Shown here: in pieces, positions 35,172 to 44,996 of the stretch
Layout: every line of letters starts with the position of its first letter
Position numbering within the stretch: the stretch's first letter is position 1
Origin: an uncultured Gammaproteobacteria bacterium
GTDB taxonomy: Bacteria; Patescibacteriota; Microgenomatia; UBA8517
Assembly (NCBI GenBank): GCA_964357925.1
Contig: CAYHMW010000004.1
Coordinates: 1 to 62,536 of the forward strand
Direction: 5' to 3'
DNA: 62,536 bases
Translations under genes and position numbers: made by a program
Notes under the pieces: model-generated
The model's input: the letters and a program-made list of their open reading frames with translations, nothing else
What the model was told of the DNA's origin: nothing
Databases searched by the model: none

Positions 35172-35394
35172 TGTTTAGCCGATACTAAATTAACCACTTT
35201 TTCACTCACCTTTCACGACCTAAAACTATAAGTTCTAAATCCCAAACAACTTTATTTGCAAAATTGCAAGTTTGTACACAAAATTAATTCAGATTTTTAA
35301 GTTCAAATATAGGGGCTTACCCTCACCCTATCCACAATATCTTTCTCCACCTACCCCTATTACTATACACACAATACAAATCTTGCGTTCCAGT

Positions 35395-36405
35395 TTACCT
35401 TCGTGTAGTCACACTCCTCTTCCAAAGCTCAATATTCTCCATCACCATCCCAGTGCCCCGCACAACACAATAAAGACTATCCTCAGCAACATGACTAGGC
35501 ACACCAGTCTCCTCAGTCATCAGTTTAGCAAAATTCCTAAGGTTACTGGTACCCCCACTCATCACGATCCCCTTATCAATAATGTCAGCAGCAAGCTCAG
35601 GCGGAGTATCCTCTAAAACACCTTTCACAGCCCCAATTATCTGCTGTAAGGGTGGTCTGATAGCCTCAACCATGTCATCTGAAGTGATCACAACTGTACG
35701 TGGAAGCCCAAAAACCAGATCACGCCCAGATATCTCAAGTCTCTCTGGCTTGGGCAGCGGAGTAGCTGAAGCCAGCTTAATCTTAATCTCCTCAGCTGTC
35801 TGATCACCCACAATGAGGTTATATTTTTTCTTAATATAATTTTGTATCGCCTCATCAATCTTGTTACCAGCGACACGCACACTCTTGTGAATAACAACAC
35901 CGCCCAGGGAAATTACAGCAGCCTCGGCAGCTCCACCTCCCATGTCTACAATCATGTGACCAGATGGAGCGGAAACCGGAATATTCGCCCCAATTGCAGC
36001 AGCCAGCGGCTCGTCAATTAAATACGCATGAGCAGCCCCAGCCTCAAGTGTCGCATCAAGCGCAGCACGCCTTTCAACTTGAGTGCACCCAGCCGGAACA
36101 CAAACCATGACATCAGGCCTCAATAACTGCACTCTCCCTGCTACCTTATTAATAAAATACTTCAGCATGGCTTTAGTCACCTGGTAGTCTGCAATGACAC
36201 CATCACGCATCGGCCTCGAAGCAATCAAGCTATCAGGTGTCCTCCCAAGCATACGTTTTGCGTCCTCTCCAATCGCAACGACAGCATTATCCTCAGCTGA
36301 TACTGCAACAACAGAAGGCTCATTCGCCACAATCCCCTCACCCGCCACCCAAACAAGAGTGTTTGCTGTCCCCAAATCAATCGCCAGTCTTTTCCTAAGT
36401 TGCAT
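35395..36405 (-). CDS. mreB: rod-shape-determining protein MreB
   Basis: DLGTANTLV, DMGGGAAEAAVISLGG and the actin-like fold motifs throughout. Confidence 0.95.
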   Translation of the reverse strand: MQLRKRLAIDLGTANTLVWVAGEGIVANEPSVVAVSAEDNAVVAIGEDAKRMLGRTPDSLIASRPMRDGVIADYQVTKAMLKYFINKVAGRVQLLRPDVMVCVPAGCTQVERRAALDATLEAGAAHAYLIDEPLAAAIGANIPVSAPSGHMIVDMGGGAAEAAVISLGGVVIHKSVRVAGNKIDEAIQNYIKKKYNLIVGDQTAEEIKIKLASATPLPKPERLEISGRDLVFGLPRTVVITSDDMVEAIRPPLQQIIGAVKGVLEDTPPELAADIIDKGIVMSGGTSNLRNFAKLMTEETGVPSHVAEDSLYCVVRGTGMVMENIELWKRSVTTRR

Positions 36406-36481
36406 TTAATTTATTTTGATATAATTTAATAATAATAAGCACCAGTTATGGAAACCTCAAGAAATCCATTATAATATCCAC

Positions 36482-37699
36482 ATGACGAAAGTTCGACTCC
36501 TTATTTTGTTGCTAACTTTCGCTTTCCTCGGAGTATTTGGAACAGCTACAATCTACTATGCCCAAGGCTACAGGCTCAATAACGAAAGCCTCACACTCTC
36601 CCAAAAAGGTCTCCTCGTCGCGAATTCAGAGCCCAACGGAGCAGAAGTAATTGTAGATGGTGAGCTTAAAACCGCCACTAACAATACTATTGCCCTCGAC
36701 CCAGGCAATCACGATATCATAATTCAAAAAGAGGGATTCATTCCTTGGTCCAAGAAAATTGTCATCGCAGAAGAGGAAGTTACTCAAATAAACGCTTTTC
36801 TCCTTCCTGTTGCCCCCTCACTCTCAGCACTCACTCTCTCGGGTGCCAGCAACCCAATCATTAATACCGAGATGACCAAAATTGCCTTTGCTGTCTTCCC
36901 AGAAACTTTACCTGCGCAGGCAGGAGCCTCCCCATCTGCCACACCCATCCCAAATAGCAATGGCAAGGATAAGTCAGGGCTCTGGATTTTTGAAATGAAT
37001 AACCTACCACTAGGATTCAATCGAGAACCACGCCAAATCACATCTGGTGATCTAGGAGGAGCATCATGGGAGTTCTCACCGGACAACACTCAAATTCTAC
37101 TTACTACAAAAACTGGAAGCTTTCTTGTAGATACCGCCAAGCTCAACACATCAAGCGACTTAGTAAATATTGCCTCGAGCCTACCCACGATCAGAAAAGA
37201 ATGGCAAAAGGACAAAGATAGAAAATTGGAATCACAACTCACATCATTCCCTGAGAAACTCGACACTGCAATGAGAAAATTTGCAAAAGACATCAATCTC
37301 TCGCCCGATGCGAATAAAATATTATACACCGCTTCTGTCAGCGGCACACTCGACAACGGCTTAGTCGTTCCACTTCCAGGTGCTTCCACCCAAGTCGAAT
37401 CAAGACAACTCGAAGAAGGCAACAAATACGTCTACGACACCAAAGAAGACAAAAATTTTGTAGTAGGCACCAAAGAAGACATAATCTATTGGCTCCCGAA
37501 CTCCCTAAATCTTTTGAACCCTCAAACTAATGGTGTATCCGTACTCGATTACGATGGCACAAATAAGAAAGTAGTATTCACTGGCAACTACCAATTTCCA
37601 CACGCCTACCCATCAAGCTCAACAGGAAGGGCAATAATACTTACAAGTTTTGGCTCCGCAACTTCACCGCTCAATCTCTACTGGCTCAGTCTGAAATAG
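36482..37699 (+). CDS. membrane-anchored PEGA-domain protein
   Basis: N-terminal TM. The PEGA-like segment SEPNGAEVIVDGELKTATNNTIALDPGNHDIIIQKEGFIPW. Confidence 0.6.
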   Translation: MTKVRLLILLLTFAFLGVFGTATIYYAQGYRLNNESLTLSQKGLLVANSEPNGAEVIVDGELKTATNNTIALDPGNHDIIIQKEGFIPWSKKIVIAEEEVTQINAFLLPVAPSLSALTLSGASNPIINTEMTKIAFAVFPETLPAQAGASPSATPIPNSNGKDKSGLWIFEMNNLPLGFNREPRQITSGDLGGASWEFSPDNTQILLTTKTGSFLVDTAKLNTSSDLVNIASSLPTIRKEWQKDKDRKLESQLTSFPEKLDTAMRKFAKDINLSPDANKILYTASVSGTLDNGLVVPLPGASTQVESRQLEEGNKYVYDTKEDKNFVVGTKEDIIYWLPNSLNLLNPQTNGVSVLDYDGTNKKVVFTGNYQFPHAYPSSSTGRAIILTSFGSATSPLNLYWLSLK

Positions 37700-37721
37700 T
37701 TTTGTACCCCAGGAAGGAATC

Positions 37722-37763
37722 CCTGCCCGCCATTGGCTACGCCGCAGGCGTTGGCAGGCGGGG
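37722..37763 (+). repeat. GC-rich hairpin element, copy beside tRNA-Arg
   Basis: CCTGCCCGCCAT...GCAGGCGGGG. Outer stem CCCGCC/GGCGGG, inner stem ACGCC-GCA-GGCGT. Both termini match 39637..39679. Confidence 0.7.
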
Positions 37764-37777
37764 AACCTGAACTCTTG

Positions 37778-37849
37778 TGCTCCAACCAGGAATCGAACCT
37801 GGATCTAGCCCTTAGGAGGGGCTTGTTCTGTCCATTGAACTACTGGAGC
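37778..37849 (-). tRNA. tRNA-Arg(CCT)
   Basis: Hand fold of the reverse complement. Acceptor GCTCCAG/TTGGAGC. Anticodon arm AGCCC-CTCCTAA-GGGCT. T arm CCAGG-TTCGATT-CCTGG. Confidence 0.9.
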
Positions 37850-37923
37850 GGACAATCCCTATTATACCAGCCAATTTTTAAGCCACAAAAAAGGCTGGTT
37901 AAGATAACCAGCCAACGAACAAA

Positions 37924-38187
37924 TCACTCTGGGCGCGTAATAACCTTAAAACTCGTACCCTCTATCACAAATGTGTGTGGCCACGAAGTTGGCTCAGTTG
38001 TCATTTCATGCGCCACCTGATAGCCAACGAGTTGAACAAAAGGTTCAAACGCTTTCCATCTACTTTCCCCGACCAACTCAGACTGGATTCGACCGAGCTC
38101 GTCCATATATTGCCCATTCGCATGGGACACAAGTCTCAAGGTGAAAAGCAAGTTCCGATCATAGAACACCTCAGCAATTACACCCAT
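37924..38187 (-). CDS. hypothetical protein
   Basis: ORF track only. Confidence 0.35.
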   Translation of the reverse strand: MGVIAEVFYDRNLLFTLRLVSHANGQYMDELGRIQSELVGESRWKAFEPFVQLVGYQVAHEMTTEPTSWPHTFVIEGTSFKVITRPE

Positions 38188-38287
38188 TTTCCCTCCCTAA
38201 CACGATAACGCTCTAACTATATTCTCCAGGCTGCAAGCCCTAAAAAGGCCAGCCACAAGGCTGGCCAAAGGACAAGAAACCGACTCT

Positions 38288-38521
38288 CTACCGCTCCTCC
38301 GCAACGTAAATACTGAGTACACCCTTCTTGAGTTCGAAGGGCACCTCTCGATGAGCCACTATCTCCTCGCTCACATATCGAGCGACTCTTCGAGCTGCTA
38401 TGTGCAATCCCGGATCTGTTGCCATCAGATCAAGAGAATATTCCCCTTGATCGTCAAAAACAACAATGAATCCGAACCCGCCCAAACCTCCTTCAACGCG
38501 AGTCAAAACCTTCAACTTCAT
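38288..38521 (-). CDS. hypothetical protein
   Basis: ORF track only. Confidence 0.4.
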   Translation of the reverse strand: MKLKVLTRVEGGLGGFGFIVVFDDQGEYSLDLMATDPGLHIAARRVARYVSEEIVAHREVPFELKKGVLSIYVAEER

Positions 38522-38590
38522 ATACCCTCCTTAAAATTGGGCTATGTCTTCTTTGATTCTACATTAGCACCCCATAGTAGTCAACCACTA

Positions 38591-39373
38591 CTACTTTAAC
38601 TCGACCACTACACTAATCTCTCCCTTAAGAACCTTCATTTCGCAAAGTTCGCTCATAACCTCACCCACTTGCCCTCTATAATGAGTCTCATATAGCTTTG
38701 TCATTTCCCTCCCAACGAGCACTCGCACTTCCCCAAAAACCTCTCTAACCATCTCCAAGTTTTTAATTACCCTATGTGGGGAATCAAAATATACAAAAGG
38801 ATAATTTAATTTCCGCAAATTTTGTAACTGCTTCAAAGCCTTTCTTTTTGGAAAAAAACCAATGAATATATATCGTGACACATCAAACCCACACACACTA
38901 AGCACCGCACTCACCGCGCTCACACCCGGTATGGGAATGATTTTAATTTGATCTCCAGCAACACTGTTACGCGACGTAGGCATATCAGCAGCTAAACGAC
39001 TGGCTGCCCCGCCACCGGCGGGGCCCTCGAAGGAGTGAAGACCTGATATGCCGAGAGGAGCGCTGTTATTGTACAAAAAATCAATTAACTCATTCCCTGG
39101 ATCACTTATTCCTGGCGTCCCAGCATCCGTAATAAGTGCCAAATCCTGTCCCTGTAGAAGCATGTTAAGTACCTCGTATTTGAGGGCCTCATTACTATGT
39201 TGATGATAAGATCTGACCGACGTTTTTATATCAAAATGTGTCAGCAATTTTTTAGCACTCCTCGTATCTTCTGCCAAAATTAAATCCACATTGCCCAAGA
39301 TTTGAACTGCACGAGAAGTCATATCCGAGAGATTTCCAATTGGTGTAGCAACGATGTAGAGGCTTCCTAACAT
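38591..39373 (-). CDS. rsmI: 16S rRNA (cytidine1402-2'-O)-methyltransferase RsmI, carrying an internal insertion of about 35 aa
   Basis: LYIVATPIGNL.D...RA...L..VDLILAEDTR, DAGTPGISDPG, IPGVSA and GFFPKRK motifs. Confidence 0.85.
   Translation of the reverse strand: MLGSLYIVATPIGNLSDMTSRAVQILGNVDLILAEDTRSAKKLLTHFDIKTSVRSYHQHSNEALKYEVLNMLLQGQDLALITDAGTPGISDPGNELIDFLYNNSAPLGISGLHSFEGPAGGGAASRLAADMPTSRNSVAGDQIKIIPIPGVSAVSAVLSVCGFDVSRYIFIGFFPKRKALKQLQNLRKLNYPFVYFDSPHRVIKNLEMVREVFGEVRVLVGREMTKLYETHYRGQVGEVMSELCEMKVLKGEISVVVELK
38979..39052. repeat. 74-nt GC-rich palindromic insertion, in frame inside rsmI
   Basis: 10-bp terminal inverted repeat GGCATATCAG (38979-88) / CTGATATGCC (39043-52). Central hairpin CCCCGCC-ACC-GGCGGGG (39007-39023). 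Confidence 0.65.
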
Positions 39374-39614
39374 ATGTCTACACTATTATATATCACCACA
39401 CACACCTACTCCACAATCCAAGGGCCAGGAACCCATCTCAGCAACGAACAATATAATTATAGGTATAGAAATATTGTACACAGAAATTGTGGATAACTTG
39501 TTACTCAATCCTTACTATAAGATATCAATAATAACTATGTATTAATTTACACGCATGAAAACATATGAGGAGTATTTGTATACATAGGAAGTTTGGGCTA
39601 TATTAAGGAATATT

Positions 39615-39758
39615 CGGGGAGTAGCTCAGGGGTAGACCTGCCCGCCATCAGCTGTCGCCTCAGGCGACTGCAGGCGGGGTGCGCAGCGGGGACTAGTGTA
39701 TCGGCAACACGCCATGTTCGGGACATGGAGACACCGAGTTCAATTCTCGGGTCCCCGA
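39615..39758 (+). tRNA. tRNA-Pro(CGG) interrupted by a GC-rich insertion of about 70 nt in the D-arm region; possibly a pseudogene
   Basis: 5' part CGGGGAG-TA-GCTC-AGGGGTA-GA. 3' part CCATG-TTCGGGA-CATGG, AGACA, CCGAG-TTCAATT-CTCGG, GTCCCCG-A. Acceptor pairs 1-72 through 6-67 are Watson-Crick. Confidence 0.65.
39637..39679 (+). repeat. GC-rich hairpin element, copy inside tRNA-Pro
   Basis: CCTGCCCGCCAT...GCAGGCGGGG. Outer stem CCCGCC/GGCGGG, inner stem GTCGCC-TCA-GGCGAC. Confidence 0.7.
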
Positions 39759-39767
39759 CAAAAATCA

Positions 39768-39872
39768 TTATCTTAACCCAGATTTTTTGACGTAGTCTCA
39801 AAAACTGGAGTTATCTTAACCCAGATTTTTTGACGTAGTCTCAAAAACTGGAGTTATCTTAACCCAGATTTT
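39768..39872. repeat. 43-bp tandem direct repeat: two full units plus a 19-nt partial unit formed by the 3' end of atpC
   Basis: TTATCTTAACCCAGATTTTTTGACGTAGTCTCAAAAACTGGAG at 39768-39810 and 39811-39853. TTATCTTAACCCAGATTTT again at 39854-39872, which is the last codons plus stop of atpC. Confidence 0.9.
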
Positions 39873-40117
39873 ATACCTAAATAAACCGATATCTTATTAT
39901 TAAAGACCTTCATTACTCCATTTTCTGCCGCGACTTCCAGTGCATTACCATCTGGTAGTAAAATCTTAAGTGGAGCATCAAGAAGAGTTATAAAGTTTGT
40001 GTGCATATCGACAACATCAAAAGTCCCTTTCTGGTTCCGGGATGAAACAGCTGCCACTCTCCCCTGGTAAACAATCCCATTTCTGTTAATGACCTTAAGG
40101 TAAAGTGCCTCCGCCAT
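39854..40117 (-). CDS. atpC: F-type ATP synthase epsilon subunit, short form (beta-sandwich only)
   Basis: Position after atpD. The N-terminal epsilon-like beta domain is present, but at 87 aa there is no C-terminal helical hairpin. Confidence 0.7.
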   Translation of the reverse strand: MAEALYLKVINRNGIVYQGRVAAVSSRNQKGTFDVVDMHTNFITLLDAPLKILLPDGNALEVAAENGVMKVFNNKISVYLGIKSGLR

Positions 40118-40189
40118 AATTTATATATTTTATCTTATCCAACTCTTTAACAACTGGCCAAAGGCCAGGTGCCAAGGTTCTGACTCCTG

Positions 40190-42457
<2,268 letters not shown>

Positions 42458-42461
<4 letters not shown>

Positions 42462-43933
42462 GATGACTTAAAATCCAACTGATATTCTCCGATTCTCCCG
42501 TCGTTCTGCTTCAATACATTTACAAGCTCAACGAACGATTTAGTCGTAATAACAGCTTGATCAATATATGATCTAATTTTTATGTCCTGAGCGTACTTAG
42601 TTGCAACGTTCTCCATTTGATTCTTCATTTCGTTTATCCCGGTCCCTTTCCAAAATCCTGCCCAAAGCCCGGCCAATAGCACTGCATTTACGTGCAAAGG
42701 TACAGGCACGAGCTTCGGCTGAAAGAAAAACGCCTGCACACGATCCCCCAAAGCCAATTCCTGCTTGACCTGCTCATTAAGCTCGGCTCCAAACTGCATA
42801 AATTGCCTCAAGCGCTTCTGCTTCACCAAAAACTTAGAAAGCTCAACACTCATCTCCTGCACAATTGGTGCATGAGCTTGCCTTCCTACACGGCTAACAG
42901 ACAGGAATGGACTAATTGCAGGCCGTTTACCTTCAGAAAAAAGCTCGGTATCAAAAAATATGTGCCCGTCAGTCATGCTCATAATGTTGGTTTGAATATA
43001 TCCGGCCAAATCACCTTGAATTGATTCAGCCAATGGCATACAAGTAATTGAAGTCTTATCAAAATTCCCAGCTCTCTCCATTAAGCGCGAATGGACATAA
43101 AAAATGTCTCCTGGATACGAACTTCTTCCAGGAAAACGATTAGCAAGAAGCGAGATCTCTCGGTAATACTTAGCGTGTGTTGTTAAATCATCAAGAACAA
43201 TGAAAACATGATAACCTTTATCACGAAAATACTCAGCAATAGTCATTGCAGTATAGGGAGCCATAAACACCTTCCCTGAGGGCTCATTCGCTCGAGCACT
43301 TACAAGCACTGTGCTTTTCTGAACACCAAGCCTTGCAAACGTCTCGTAAACATCTTCTATATCAGCTTGTTTCTTGCCCAAAGCAGCATAGACGCACACA
43401 ACTCCTGCCTTAGCCTGAGTCACAATCGTTTTCATAATAAAACTAGTTTTCCCTGTTTTCCTGTCTCCAATAACTAGCTCCCTCTGGCCACGCCCAAGAG
43501 GAACAACCAAATCAACAATAGTCACTCCTGTCATGAAAGGCTCGCTTATTTGGCGACGAGCAGTTATTGGTGGCGGCTCAATATCTACGTATCTAGACTC
43601 AACATCACGCCCAGTTATACTCCCTTCTATGGGATTACCTAACCCATCCACTCGAAGTCCCAGAAGTGCCATCCCAACTTTCACTTTGAACTGATCACCG
43701 GTCCTCGCAACTCTTGCCCCCACTTTCTCCTCGCGATGCGTCAAGAGAAGTACCTCCACCACCTCTTTGTCCAATGAAACAACCTTGCCCAATCCGCCAG
43801 ATTCAAAGACTACAACCTCATCTGGCCTGGCCTTTGGGATACCAGACACCCTTACCAATGAATGCTGAACTTCCTCCACGAAGCCTATTTCTTTCGTTTT
43901 CTTAAGTAGTGCATCAAATTCCATCATAATCAA
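42458..43933 (-). CDS. atpA: F-type ATP synthase alpha subunit
   Basis: Walker A GDRKTGKT and conserved alpha motifs. Confidence 0.95.
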
Positions 43934-44345
43934 TCATCTTACCTCCAAAAGAATAGTCGCCATATTTTCCCTTATACGCAATTGTTGCCCCAACAATAAG
44001 TCTAGGATCATAGTGGATATCAAGAACAATGCCAGTACCCACATTAGAAAGTACCCAATCGTACATTTTTGTAATCGATTCATCAGAAGGTTCAAACGCC
44101 AGCGTTAACTGTAAAGTCGCAATCTTCTCAATCGCTTCAGTAAGCCCAGTTAAGTATTTCTCAACACCAACATCCCTATACTCTGCCAGAATACTTTGAC
44201 CCACCCAATACCTTACAGATTTCGACAACACTTCCTCAAAATTACCATCAAAAACATACTCACTTTGGGCAATAACCTCAATTTCGTGCCTAAGAGTCAT
44301 CAACTCCTCGAGAGTTCTTGTGCGTGAAATCAACTCAGAGTACAT
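43914..44345 (-). CDS. atpH: F-type ATP synthase delta (OSCP) subunit
   Basis: Operon position. C-terminal ...DPRLIVGATIAYKGKYGDYSF pattern. Confidence 0.7.
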   Translation of the reverse strand: MYSELISRTRTLEELMTLRHEIEVIAQSEYVFDGNFEEVLSKSVRYWVGQSILAEYRDVGVEKYLTGLTEAIEKIATLQLTLAFEPSDESITKMYDWVLSNVGTGIVLDIHYDPRLIVGATIAYKGKYGDYSFGGKMIDYDGI

Positions 44346-44991
44346 TTTCCTTTTTAGCTTGCTTCATTGCTTCAATAACAATCCGTTCATGCTCGCTATC
44401 GCTTAATCCACGACCAAAGTACTTCTTCGCCAATTTGTCAGCTAGCTTCAAGACTTCACTATCTATCGCCGCCATCCGCACCTTCTTATACTTTTCAAGC
44501 TCGGCAGTTATACTCTTAACGGTTGCGTCCACCATCTGAGTAATCTTGCCTTGGCTTTCAGCCACTTGCCCCTGAAGTTCCTTTTGAAAATTTGCCAACT
44601 GATTACTACTATTGGTCTGTATATCAGAAGATATCTTATGCAAGCTCCTCACAACCTCGTTGCTAGTTTTACTTAACACCTCAGTATACTGAACTACCTG
44701 AGCTTCCTTTGATTCATTAAAAGCGCGGGCAAACTCTTCACTCATCTGAGAACTAACGAGGGTGGCACTTGATATTATCTGCTTTGCCTGAGCACGAGCG
44801 CTCACAATAATATCATTAGCCTGGCGAGCTGCCTGTTCTCTGGCATCCTTCTCCCGAATCTCCAAATCGATAAATTTCTGCACCAGCCGCTTGTAGGAAC
44901 GAAAAAGAACAAAATACATGCCAATCAGCGGCCCCACGATAACAAGGGATATTAACGAAGATAAAAATATAGCTTCCTCAGGAAGATTCAT
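44335..44991 (-). CDS. atpF: F-type ATP synthase b subunit
   Basis: Single N-terminal TM followed by a long charged helix. Operon position. The ATG at 44991 lies 5 nt after the gpmI stop. Confidence 0.7.
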   Translation of the reverse strand: MNLPEEAIFLSSLISLVIVGPLIGMYFVLFRSYKRLVQKFIDLEIREKDAREQAARQANDIIVSARAQAKQIISSATLVSSQMSEEFARAFNESKEAQVVQYTEVLSKTSNEVVRSLHKISSDIQTNSSNQLANFQKELQGQVAESQGKITQMVDATVKSITAELEKYKKVRMAAIDSEVLKLADKLAKKYFGRGLSDSEHERIVIEAMKQAKKENVL

Positions 44992-44996
44992 AATTA

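Noticed and set aside
37733-38020. ORF 37733..38020(+), 95 aa.
   Set aside because: It runs antisense through tRNA-Arg and the GC hairpin element, so it is most likely spurious.
39593-39801. ORFs 39593..39790(+) and 39598..39801(-).
   Set aside because: They are fully explained by the tRNA-Pro gene, its GC-rich insertion and the 43-bp tandem repeats. The GC-rich sequence simply lacks stop codons.
39768-39872. Possible CRISPR array, because of the perfect direct repeats next to a tRNA.
   Set aside because: The units are directly tandem with no spacers. There are only two and a half copies, and one copy is the end of atpC.
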